Assembly: GCA_951406725.2 (NCBI GenBank)
Contig: OX597816.1
Location: 15,438,001-15,502,000, forward strand
Source of the DNA: Octopus vulgaris
Taxonomy: Eukaryota
Direction of reading: 5' to 3'
Length of the DNA stretch: 64,000 nt
This document shows positions 13,068 through 24,922 of the stretch, in pieces. The translations under genes were made by a program, and so were the position numbers. The notes under the pieces are model-generated. The model saw nothing but the letters and a program-made list of their open reading frames with translations, had not been told where the DNA came from and ran no database searches. Every line of letters begins with the position of its first letter. Position 1 is the stretch's first letter.

Positions 13068-13230
13068 TATAAACACCGATATATGTCAATCACTCGCACG
13101 AGCGCGCACTTACCATTTTATGGCATTTTAAATGTATGCGAGGTGTATAATTAGTAGGTTATAGACTTGTTGAAGAATTATTACGTGACCACCAAAATGG
13201 TTATCTGTACCAGTGTGTGTGTGTGTGTGT

Positions 13231-13285
<55 letters not shown>

Positions 13286-13636
13286 GCCGTTTTATAGCTG
13301 TTACACAAGTCTGTATTGAATTCACAACTTGAAGTTAAATATATTTTAGAATTTCATCTCCTTTTATGACTAAAAAGATTTGGTTTATCTCTTCTAATGT
13401 CGTCTTTGTTGGGTTCGTCGTCAATGTTGTTGATGTAGTGTCCAGACATGCTGTTTGTATAGATTACCCGCATAATGAGTTAAAATTTGAGACAAATGTC
13501 GAAAGGATTTTGAATAAAGCACTTCTCTGGTGAGCGTGATCAAAAGAATACCTAGACTGATAACTGTGATTTGGTAGCAGGAGGCGGTAGACGTAAAAAT
13601 AAAGCTTCGATGAATAGTTGGCCATGCCGTGTAGTT

Positions 13637-13685
13637 GTATGTGTGCATGTATGTATGTATGTATGTATGTATGTATGTATGTATG

Positions 13686-13716
<31 letters not shown>

Positions 13717-13799
13717 GTATGTATGTATGTATGTATGTATGTATGTATGTGTGTGTGTATGTATGTATGTATGTATGTATGTATGTATGTATGTATGTA

Positions 13800-13832
<33 letters not shown>

Positions 13833-14277
13833 ATGTGTGTGTGTGTATGTATGTATGTATGTATGTATGTATGTATGTATGTATGTATGTATGTATGTGC
13901 GTGTGTGTGTATGTATGTTATTCAGTTTTATTTAAAGATTTATTACCAATAGAGAATGAACCGGTTTCTAACCTAGGTCCAAGGCTCCTTCATTAGAATT
14001 TCAACATCAACAGGGTATTTTTGTATGTACGTACGTATGTATTTATGTATGTATGTATGTATGTATGTATGTATGTATGTATGTATGTATGTATGTAGGT
14101 AGGTAGGTAGGTAGGTAGGTATGTATGTATGTATGTATGTATGTATGTATGTATGTATGTATGTATGTATGTATGTATGTATGTATGTATGTATGTATGT
14201 GTGCAGATTTGTATGTTTAATTTTATGTATGTATGTATGTATGTATGTATGTATGTATGTATGTATGTATGTATGTA
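13637..14277. repeat. (TATG)n microsatellite blocks
   Basis: Directly visible; similar blocks at 3709-3783, 4310-4403, 17300-17520, 30046-30280. Confidence 0.95.
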
Positions 14278-14800
14278 TTTTTTTCCTCTAGTTTTAGCTC
14301 GGAGTTGCGGCCATGCTGATGCACCGCCGTAATGTATTTAATTACTTGGAATCTTCTGATGAACGAGCTGGTTTCCAACTGTAGTTGGAATGCATGTAGC
14401 AAAAACAACGTCATATTTTAAACTTGAGAAAGTCTAGTTCATTTCTACTCTTCCACATTCGGATTGTATTATGGCACGTGCATGATAGGTAGCCGATTTC
14501 CATTCCAGAAAACCACAGCTAAACCAGCTTGCAGTTGTCCGTAGTTACCCTCTTTATGATTTTCGTAGAGGTATTCATATCAGTGACACAGCTGATCTCT
14601 ACGACGGTACATACATTTTTTTGTCTGTCCCAAACAACAATACCCAGGCTATTATGTTTACACTTGACAAAAGTTTTGACGAGAATGTTCCACAATATAT
14701 GTTGTGATGTTTGTATATGTATATTCTAGGACAGCCCTTTTTTTCGAATGGCATTGTATATTGTTTTGGCGACAACTTCATGTTGCATAGGGAGGTAGTA

Positions 14801-15027
14801 CCTATTTCTTTACTACCCACAAGGGGCTAAACACAGAGAGGACAAACAAGGATAGACAAAGAGATTAAGCCGATTATATCGACCCCAGTGCGTAACTGGT
14901 ACTTATTTAATCGACCCCGAAAGGATGAAAGGCAAAGTCGACCTCGGCGGAATTTGAACTCAGAACGTAACGGCAGACGAAATACGGATACGCATTTCGC
15001 CCGGCGTGCTAACGTTTCTACCAGCTC
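14801..15027 (-). mobile_element. SINE family B monomer nested in a LINE
   Basis: TSD AGTACCT at 14797-14803 and 15028-15034. Confidence 0.85.
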
Positions 15028-15329
15028 AGTACCTTGGTGAAATTTTTGGGAAGCTACTAATCACATGTCTGATGTCTTTCACAGAAATATGATATAACAT
15101 ACAGTTTCATTTGCATCTTGGTGTTCCAGTAGTTTCATTGTCTTTCTTGTTTACTAGCTGTTTTGTAGTAATCGCGTGTTCTTAAATTTCAAATGCGTAG
15201 TCATCGAAGTGTAAAGTGATGTAGCAGCCACGAATCCAAGAGAGGCTACACTTCACGTCGCTATTCCTGCCCATGGATAGTCTCTTTTTGGTATGCTGAG
15301 CGTTTCACATCCAGTTTTTGAAATATGTT

Positions 15330-15530
15330 TAATTTAATTTAATTTAATTTAATTTTTAATTGGCTCAAAAAGCAAAAGCAAGGCCATGTAGGGGGACAGG
15401 GAGTTATGTACAGGGAGGATGGTCATATAAAGATTTCAGGCCATTTCCAGTCAAGAGAGACTTTGAACCGAGCGGACGTCGGCTGGCTGTTTTGAGGATT
15501 ATATGGGAGGTCATCAGGAAGAGAGCACTT
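15330..15530 (-). mobile_element. CR1/L2-type LINE 3' end with (TTAAA)n tail
   Basis: Minus strand LPDDLP...ARFKVSLDWKWPEIFI* followed by a short UTR and (TTAAA)n. Confidence 0.45.
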
Positions 15531-16039
15531 CCTGAGTAGCTTAATGCTAATGGTGTTCTCTTTGCTTTTCAGCACTAAATTTATGTATTTATTTTTGCTG
15601 ATGTTGTTTAGCAGAAATTGTCTGAAAGAACATTCGAGATCAGTCTGCACTGATCTCAAACTTCTACCTCCTCCACCTTTACTTGGTAGAGCCTGTTGAT
15701 ATCACTGTTTCTGAGAAAGCTTCCAGGTGATATCAGAATCTTGCGGGTTATAATGTCTAGGGAATAGATTTCCTCTGTAGACTAGTGATATATCCCAAGT
15801 ATTGGAATCAGCACTGCTTTCCAACATTTGTGGGATTTTGCCTTATTAAAAGAGAGAGTTTCGACAGCCATATTTTTTCTAAGTCTTTTATAATATTCTC
15901 GGATCACTCTATCTTTACATATAGGTATATATATGTTCTCTTCTGTTTTAGATTATTAAAATTCTTCTTCTGAGGTAGGAGCTGGTTTCTAACAAAGATA
16001 CAAAGCTTCATCGTTGGAATACAGGTAACAAAGACTGTG

Positions 16040-16290
16040 CCACATATTAAACTTGGGGAAAGTCTTGCATATTTTTACTGTCCCACTTACAGATATATTT
16101 TGCAGTGTGCGAATTAGCTAGTTGGTTTCTTTTTCTGAAATCTTTAGTTTATCGAGATTGCCACTTATGCATTTGCTCACAAAATCAAGTGCACCAGTTA
16201 TTATTGATATAAATGTGAATCTATAATCTGGATATAGAAGCTGGAGGTTTCGAAGCAATTGTCCGTAGTTATTTTCCTTTTTGATCTTGT
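16040..16290 (-). mobile_element. R4/Dong-like LINE 3' fragment
   Basis: ORF 16118-16351 contains KENNYGQLLRNLQLLYPDYRFTFISIITGA, matching the ORF at 4857. Confidence 0.75.
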
Positions 16291-16549
16291 ATGTATGTAT
16301 GTATGTATGCACATGCATGCATGCATGCATGTATGCATGTATGCATTGCAAGCATGCATATAGGTAGGTAACGTGGTAAATAGATAAGTAGGTAAGTAAG
16401 GTGGCAGATAGGTAAGTAGGTAGGTAAGTAGGTAAGGTGGTAGATAGGTATGTATGTATGTATTAAGGTAGGTAGGTAGGTACGTACGTACATACGTATA
16501 TATGTATCTATGTCATTGTTTAGTTTTATTTCAAGATTTTATTCCAAGA

Positions 16550-16830
16550 TTTCAGTATATTTCAAGATTTCTTGCCAATAGAGAAAGTGTCGGTTTCATA
16601 CCTAGATTCAAGTCTCCTTCATTGAAATTTCAACTTCAACAACAGGGTATTTTTGTTTGTACGTGCATACGTATGTATGTATGTATGTATGTATGTATGT
16701 ATGTATGTATGTATGTATGTATGTATGTATGTATGTATGTATGTACGTACATATGTATGTATGTGTCCATTTTTTCTATGTTTTGTTTTATGTATGCATT
16801 CTCATGCGTATGGTTGCATATCTAGACATG

Positions 16831-16862
<32 letters not shown>

Positions 16863-17000
16863 CTTAAATGATAAACTTCTAGAAAGTTTTGCAAATTTTT
16901 ACAATTTCAATGATGGATTGGATCTGTTGTCTTCGAATTAGCTTTCTCCTTTCTGGTTTTGAGAATTTTAATTTCTCAAGATTGGTATTTGGGCAGTGTG
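16550..17000 (-). mobile_element. R4/Dong-like LINE 3' end and 3' UTR with internal (TATG)n
   Basis: LEKLKFSKPERRKLIRRQQIQSI homologous to 5100-5223; shared UTR. Confidence 0.75.
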
Positions 17001-17013
17001 TTATGTATGTATG

Positions 17014-17047
<34 letters not shown>

Positions 17048-18019
17048 TATATGTATGTATATATGTAAGCAACTGCGTATGTTGTTTGTACATCGGTATG
17101 AATGTATATGTTGGTATATAAGTAGTTATGGTGTATGCACATATCTATATACGTATATACGTATGTATGTATACATTCATGTATGTATACATGTGTGCGT
17201 GTGTACGTATGTTTGTATTTATATTTGCATGTATATATTTATAAATACAAATTTCTTTTGTCACCCCGAATATATTTATATACGTACGAACGCACCTTTG
17301 TATGTATGTATGTATGTATGTATGTATGTATGTATGTATGTATGTATGTATGCATGCATGTATGTATGTATGTATGTATTTATGTATGCATGCATGTATG
17401 TATGTATGTATGTATGTATGTATGTATGTATGTATGCATGCATGTATGTATGTATGTATGTATGTATGTATGTATGTATGTATGTATGTATGTATGTATG
17501 TATGTACGTATGTATGTATGCCTGCATGGTATATATTGTATGTATGTATATAATACACATACTTATAGTATCCCTGCGTATAATAAACATATGAATGGTA
17601 CCAGAGAAGCTATATAAGCGATAATCTAAAACCACCTCTTTATTTTATATGATTTTTGAACACTGGGGTTCAAAAGGATTCCGGAATATCAATGTTATCT
17701 TTTATTGGCGAGGCACGCCCAGATCACTTGCTTTAAGAATGCACAAAGCATTAGCCACGTCCAACTTCATAAAAACTAACCAAACAAGTCAGTGTCTAAA
17801 ACAGCCGATCAGAAATGTATATCTCTTGAAAGTGAAACTTTACATTCTATTGAATTTTACGTTTGTAGTTTAGCCTTATGTCAGACCTATAATAAAAAGT
17901 GTTCCACCCATAACAATCCCTCCTTGTTTTCGCACAATTAATATATAAATGCGGGTGGCCTTGTGCCAAAATTTGAAACCAATATCTAAACGAGGCATGG
18001 GTGGGTGGCTAAGAAGCTC

Positions 18020-18055
<36 letters not shown>

Positions 18056-18059
<4 letters not shown>

Positions 18060-18420
18060 GTTTAAGAGGACAACAAACATTAAGGTAAGGGAAACATCTC
18101 AAGTCGTATACAATATTATTATTGGAAAAAATTCAACAAAGTCTTACAGCTGTTTCCGGGATATCGTCGAGAATGGGATATTCCGTCATCAGAGACAAAT
18201 AAGGATAAGCATACTCGAGGATATCCCAGAAACAGCTGTAAGACTTCGAATTTTTTCCAATAATGATATTCTATACGGCTTGAGATGTTTGCCTTGCTTT
18301 AATGTTTATTGTCCTCTTTAACTACCGTCTCAGCTATAACTTTGGGTCCCTAGGGATCCGTTACAGCACTTACCTAGCGTGCCTAATCGTTTAGATCACT
18401 TGTAAACTAAATTCCCGTAC
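18056..18420. mobile_element. Penelope-like element terminal remnant with inverted arms, inserted in (TA)n
   Basis: ~100 bp inverted arms (18060-18165 vs 18221-18321), hammerhead motif, flanked by (TA)n; homologous to 38200-38770. Confidence 0.6.
18141..18196 (-). ncRNA. Minimal type I hammerhead ribozyme motif (Penelope-like element type)
   Basis: Minus strand: gtct-CTGATGA-cggaatatc(ccattctcgac)gatatcccg-GAAA-cagctg-TA-agac. Intact core, stem I gtct/agac, stem II 8 of 9 pairs, palindromic stem III. Confidence 0.7.
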
Positions 18421-18433
18421 TTTGTGTTCGTGT

Positions 18434-18475
<42 letters not shown>

Positions 18476-18671
18476 CGTGTGTATCGTTGACGATTTTTTT
18501 CCCTACGTCTTCCCTTCCTTGGATCTTTCCGTTTTCTGTGTTTCTGACGAAGAGCTCCGCTCGAAACGTTAAATCCTCCTTCTTTCTTTCCTTCTTGAGC
18601 GTCCAGTAATGCTATACTAGTTCCACGTCCTTGCGTTGTTGTGTTTTCTCTTTGTGTTTTTACGTTTGGAT

Positions 18672-18676
<5 letters not shown>
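18476..18676 (+). mobile_element. Short hammerhead-bearing repeat (Penelope-like family 2) in (TA)n
   Basis: Near-identical to 38958-39140; reverse fragment at ~35948-36040; all bounded by (TA)n. Confidence 0.6.
18540..18574 (+). ncRNA. Minimal hammerhead-like motif, second family
   Basis: gttt-CTGACGA-A-gagc(tcc)gctc-GAAA-cg-TT-aaat; extra A after the core, palindromic AACGTT stem III. Confidence 0.55.
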
Positions 18677-18718
<42 letters not shown>

Positions 18719-19455
18719 GTGTGCGCGTGTGGTTGTATGCGTGTATTTTCTGTATTTTGCCTTTAGCCCTGTTTTTTCTTGTGCATGTGCGTATATAGAC
18801 GTGTGTATGAATTTTTTGTGCGCTTGTGTGTGTGTGCGTATATAGACGTGTGCGGGTATGTGCGTATATTAGACGGGTGTGTGCGTGCATGCGAGTATGT
18901 GTATGAACCTTTTCTGTGCGCGTGTGTGTGAGCGTGTATGCGAGTGTGTATATATATTTTGGTGAATGTGTGTGTTTCAAGTGAGGGTCGATGAGTATAT
19001 ACATATGTAGGTGGGTGTGCGTGCGTGCATGTGCATGTATGGACATGCACACTTTCGCGATTACTATGAAAATTTTTTCTCTCTTACCTTCACTCCCTCC
19101 CCTTACTTAGCGGTCATTCTAATATCTCTTTTGTCTTCATGGCGTTGGTTACGAAAGGCAAAGTTGATTGACTTCGGTGGGTCTTGAACTGAAAGAAGAC
19201 CCTCTGAATACATACCACGACTCGTACAGTTTCATACTTCATTTAACTAATTCGATTTCTGTTTGACATCTAACGACACCATTTCTTTTTTTCATTTTTG
19301 TTTTGTTTTGTGTTGTTTTACATTTTGCTTCTTATTCACTTGTTGCTCTTACACCCACTTACAGTTAACACTTAGCTTTGGTGTGCGCTGAAGCAGTGAG
19401 ATATCTGTCAGATTACCTTTGTAGTGTAACATTAGGTTTGTTAAATAGTTATTCA

Positions 19456-19839
19456 CTAGCAGTATCGCCCGGCGTTGCTCGGGTTTATTTCAACCCTTTA
19501 GAATTGGAATTTTTATAAAGTAAAAATTTTGCATTATGTAGCTTGTTATTCTCTTTATGTCAACATTTTTCTGGTTGAACTACACCGAAAAATGGCGACA
19601 CAGCAATCAAAACATCGTAAAAAATAGGGATTTTCATAGAAAAAAAGCACCTTTTGATGTAAATAATTTGTGGTGTTAACATGGTCCGATTTGAATTTTT
19701 TCTTCTACGGAATAAAGAGCAAGCCTTCTTCTATCATACTCTTAATTTTGGTCAACTTGCGCCGAAGGGTTTCGGAGGAGAAAGTGTTAGTTACCAAACC
19801 CACCATACACAGACAACTTCAGCTTTATATATTGAGAGA
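19456..19839 (-). mobile_element. Non-autonomous Helitron
   Basis: Minus strand starts TC, ends with hairpin CCCGAGCAACGCCGGG then CTAG, lies between A and T, no TSD. Confidence 0.75.
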
Positions 19840-20084
19840 TGAATAACATGTAGTGGGCTGCGCGTTGCGTTCACAGAGGCCACTTTAATATTGGTCTCAA
19901 ATTTTGTTACGAGCCCAGCAATTTCGAAGGAAGGAGTAACTCGATTACATCGACATCAGTGTTCGACTGCTACTTATTTTATCGACCCCGAAAAGATAAA
20001 AGACAAATACGACTTCAGTGGCATCTGAACCCAGAACATAAAAACGGACGAAATGCCGCTAAACATTTTGCCCGGCCTACTCTC

Positions 20085-20289
20085 TCTTTACTTGTTTCAG
20101 TCATTTGACTGTGGTCATGCTGGAGCATCGCCTTTAGCCGAGCAAATCGACCCCAGGACTTATTCTTTGTAAGCCTAGTACTTATTCTATCGGTGTCTTT
20201 TGCCGAACCGCTAAGTTACGGGGACGTAAACACACCAGCATCGGTTATCAAGCGATGTTGCGGGGAGGGAAACAAACATAGACACACAA

Positions 20290-20334
<45 letters not shown>

Positions 20335-20501
20335 CATATATACGACGGGCTTCTTTCAGTTTCCGTCTACCAAATCCACTCACAGGGCTTTGGTCGGCCC
20401 GAGGCTATAGTAGAAGACACTTGCCCAAGGTGCCACGCAGTGGGAATGAACCTGGAACCATGTGGTTAGTAAGCAAGCTATTTACCACACAGCCACTCCT
20501 G
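20085..20501 (-). mobile_element. SINE family A nested in a family B copy
   Basis: Full-length match; flanks continue family B sequence (19895-20078, 20501-20530). Confidence 0.85.
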
Positions 20502-22341
20502 CGTGCTAACGATCCTGCAATCTCGTCGCCTTTCGTGGCCAAACTAATACTGATATTATTTCCCATACATTTCTGTTAACCAGGAACATTTGCATTGATA
20601 TAAATTCGACAGTTGAATAAATAGGGCGGCTTGTAAGCGATTTCATATGGAACACGTACAAGTGTTTTACTGTATTATATAACTGACATTCCGTCTGTTA
20701 CGACGACGAGTGTTTTAGTTGATGTTATCGCCGGAGCAGCCTGTTCTGTGAAATTACCGTTCCAGTGGCTGAGAATTTCACAGACACGCTTACCCTTAAC
20801 ATAGTTCTCAAGGAGATTCAGAGTGACACAGGATGTGGCAAAGCTAGCCTTTTGAAATACAGGTACTCCTCATTTTTGGCAGCTGGGTGGACTGGAGCAA
20901 CGTGAAATGAAGCGTTTTTTTCTCAAGGACACAAAGTGCCGCCGGGTATCAGAGTAATGCCACGCGCTTTCAGAGTAATACAAAGACAGTTAATAATTGT
21001 TGAGAATGAAATAATTGGAAAGAATGAGAACACCTTATCACAAAGTTGGCTGGCATAGCTTCGAGTAACACCTCAAGTCGTTCCAGTTCAATAAATGAAA
21101 ACTCCTATCATGGAACTGTATGACATATTTCCGTATAGCACCAGGAAAACATAGAAGCGGGTGAGAGACCCTTTCACGTAGTAGAATGACAAGGCGACGT
21201 GTGAACTTCTGGCTAGCCCTGCTTGGGGTACAATTCACCAGTTTTTTATAACGCCATCGAAGTTCTAGAAAGTTCGACCAAACCGTTTGGCGGGAATATT
21301 CTAGCTGACTTGGTTATATATCAAACGATCTTGATTCACCGAGCCTCGTTCGTGTTGAAGTTAATACCTTTATGGAAACAGTTTTTCATAACAGGCCTTG
21401 CGTTTTTTGACGGTATAGTTCGTGGCTGTGGAACTGAGCACGATGGTTCAAAACCCAACAGGAGCCTCACTACACTTTCAGCAAATGGTAAAACACCAAG
21501 TCATTTACTTCTTGCTCTCCACTTTTTGTTTTATAATTGATTAATGTCCAGCTAATGTTCGGTCATTTCCGGGAACTTCCCTACGAGATATACCATCGTT
21601 CGAGCACCTCAAATAAAATGGAATAAGAATTAACTAGAATTCTTGTCTCAGCCTTTCTAATAGAAGAAAAAAAAATACTCGGTAATCTTTCGATCTTTAT
21701 ACATATAACATAGCGAACAACAATGAGACAAAAATCGTCACTAATCACAATAGCATATAGAGGAATTCATATTTTTTTTAGTAATTTCATATCTTTTACT
21801 TAATTCTAGATGTGTTTTCGAATATAAAAATAGAAATACGCTTTACAAAGAGAGGATAAAAATTTATCTGAATAACTTGTTTACAGATAAAGTGTTCTTT
21901 TATGTGTTTTTCATATCTTCTATTTGAGAGAGTTATAAATGGAAGATTCAACAATTATCTGAAGGTTATTCTGTTTATATTTAAAAGTTAAATAAAAGTT
22001 AAATGAAATAACTCAAAGAAGTTCAAAGAAAAACAAATTCTTCTATTTGTCATTCCACATGTTTACTTTCAGTAATGTTTCGCTTTGCTGTTCGTCATTT
22101 TATGTATACATAGGTAGAAAGACTACTAAATATTCTTTCCGATCTTATAAACAGTCTTGTAATTCCTTATTGGGTTTCTGTGGATGACTTTATCTACATT
22201 TCTTTTGTGTTGTCCTTCAATGAGATCTCCGCCAAAGTTTTCACAAGGTGTGTACGCGACTATACCCCCATGAAGAATGACACCTTCCCCCCAGCACAAT
22301 TACTCCTAAGGACAACAGATGATGATTTAAAACTTCTTTAT

Positions 22342-22738
22342 AGGCGTAGGAGTGGCTGTGTGGTAAGTAGCTTGCTTACAAACCACATGGTTCTGGGTTC
22401 AGTCCCACTACATGGCACCTTCGGCAAGTGTCTTCTACTATAACCTCAGGCCGACCAAAGACTTGTGAGTGGATTTGGTAGACGGAAACTCAAAGAAGCC
22501 CGTCATATATATGTATATATATATGTATGTGTGTGTGTGTGTCTGTGTTTGTCTCCCACAACATCGCTTCATAACTGATGCTGGTGTGTTTGCGCCCCCG
22601 TAACTTAGCGGTTTGGCAAAAGGGACCGATAGAATAAGTACTAAGCTTACAAAGAGTAAGTCCTGGGGTCGATTTGCTCGACTAAAGGCGGTGCTCCAGC
22701 AATGGCCACAGTCGAATGACTGAAACAAGTAAAAGAGT
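22342..22738 (+). mobile_element. SINE family A
   Basis: Full-length match. Confidence 0.85.
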
Positions 22739-23812
22739 ATATATCGGAGTGGGAGTGATTGTCGCAGGGGTAGTTGTCGTCGGGGGGAATTATCCTATAG
22801 GGGTAATTGTTCTCGGGGACAATTGTACTGATACGCTATATGCTGGTTAACAATCCGTGAAGTTCCTGTCTTTATATAAGCATATCTTTTAAAAATTCTG
22901 AACGTATAGGCGTAGGAGTGGCAGTGTGGTAAGTAGCTTGCTTACCGACCATATGGTTCCCGGTTCAGTCCCACTGCGTGGCACCGAGGTCGACTTTACC
23001 TTTCATCCTTTACGCGTTGTTGAAATAAGTACCAGCTATGTACGAGGGACATCACGAGTGGAATACTCAAGTGTCTTTCTTAATGATGAAGTACGAAACT
23101 GTAGTAGCGTAAAATGCTTAGAAGCATGCAATCGACAGTGACAGAATTTCTGACATCATCATCATCATTATCATCATCATCGTCGCCATCATCATCTCCA
23201 CCACCACCACGACAACGACGACGACGACGACCACCACCACCACCACCACCGCCGCCGCCGCCACCATCCTCTGGACATCAATGTCTCGATCCTGGGACTC
23301 ATAACACCGTTTACCTGGTTTCCATGGCGTGTAAGTGACCGAGATCTCAACATTCCTTCTGTTACAGCCCATCACAGAGTTGCTTATTTATTTATAGCTG
23401 AACGGAGCGGAACAACGTGAAATGATGTGTTTTACTCAAGAACACAACGCATTGCCCGTTCTGGGAATCGAAACCACGATCATACTAACTGGTACTTATT
23501 TAATCGACCCCGAAAGGATGAAAGACAAAGTCGACCTCGGCGGAATTTGAACTCAGAACGTAGCAGCAGAAGAAATACCGCTAAGCATTTCGCCCGGCGT
23601 GCTAACGATTCTACGAGCTCGCCGCCTTAACTAGATGAATATTGAAGGAAGTCTAGTAACCAGCTGAACTGGCAAGCAGGTCCTCATCTCTGCGGTGAGG
23701 CCGGTGCGCACTAATGCCGTCGAGAGGAAGACCCCGAAACAACGCGCGTTCTTCGGTATGCGAAGCCTTCAACTGATAGCACTTGTATCTGAACGTTGTT
23801 TGCAAATAATCC

Positions 23813-23889
<77 letters not shown>

Positions 23890-24507
23890 GTATATAAGAA
23901 TATATAAAGTTTTAATATATTTTATCCTGTAAATATTTAAAAAAAATTTAAACTTCAAAAATTTATTAAGTATTTAATAAACAAAGCATGAAATTTCACT
24001 TTATAGCTTTCACATTTTTTTAAATATAGTTCTATTATGTTCACTTTATTATGATTGGGAATCATTTCTCAGCATGATAGATCGATCTGGTGGGCACAGA
24101 GATGGCTGCGTGGTTAAGAAGTTAGCTTTCTAACAAGATGGTTTCCAGTTCAGTCGCAGTTAGTGGTACTATCTTTACCAAGCGTCTTCTTCTATAGCCC
24201 TAGGCAACCCAATGCCCTGTATATGAATTTAGTTCACGGAAGAGTAGGACTGCATATAGACATACCTTCGTTGATAACACGATTACTATTATACCAAAGC
24301 GATTTGGGGGCTTAATTATCTCTTAACAATTTTAGTATGAAGCACACTATATTCGATCAGGTTGGGATTCTGGGCATCCGTAGATTGTAAGAAGGCTCTA
24401 GGGAGAAAAATTATAGTACTTTCTCATTATCGCTAGTCAATTTTTAAAAAATTTACTAAATGATTAGTAAATAAATTATTGATCTTTGTTTCAATTCTTT
24501 GTTCTTT

Positions 24508-24922
24508 GGATCTTTTCGGTTTGAACGGCAGTTTTTTAAAATAATTTCCACGTAACTAAACACTTTTAAACTTCGTATACTGGTAGAAATAAAACATCTT
24601 TTTCTCTTGGCTTTATTGAGTAAATTCTACGGTTTGTAAGATATTTGATGTTGTTTTTTCTTCAATTTCTGCAATTTCAACCAATCAATGACGTCTATTG
24701 AGGTAAAAAAAACATTCTGTGCCGTATGAATATGTCCCTCGTTTAAGAAATAGATTGAGTTTATTTACATTTGTGAAGAAAAAAAATATACCCTTCCCCC
24801 ACCCCTAACCCTAACCCTAAGAGAGATTGAAATGCAAGAGATCGATACTAGGGTCATAATTATGGGTGACAATTTCATATAACACCGCTAGATGAAAACT
24901 GTCGTTCAAACCGAAAAGATCC
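24508..24922. mobile_element. Unclassified TIR element with internal (CCCTAA)3
   Basis: 28 bp TIR GGATCTTTTCGGTTTGAACGGCAGTTTT with one mismatch; CCCTAA repeats at 24803-24820; no clear TSD. Confidence 0.8.

Larger units (their letters stand above)
14400..15920 (-). mobile_element. Decayed R4/Dong-like LINE remnant interrupted by a SINE and a CR1-type 3' end
   Basis: Minus strand encodes remnants such as TRKIL...NSDINRLY...GGGRSLRS and fragments homologous to 4409-5223; SINE nested at 14801-15027. Confidence 0.65.

Noticed and set aside
12922-13131. Recurrent ORF MRNWYLIYRPRKDERQSRPRRNLNS (also 27888, 32697, 32882, 34149)
   Set aside because: Antisense translation of SINE family B; recurrence reflects repeat copies and starts are mostly non-ATG.
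13571-13996. Long [12 protein letters not shown]-type ORFs here and throughout (e.g. 16959-17594, 53228-53892, 58973-59602)
   Set aside because: Translations of stop-free microsatellites, not genes.
20193-20579. Recurrent ORFs with EAIVEDTCPRCHAVG / RRHLPKVPRSG
   Set aside because: Translations of SINE family A.
24803-24820. Telomere or chromosome-fusion relic
   Set aside because: Only three units and inside a TIR element.
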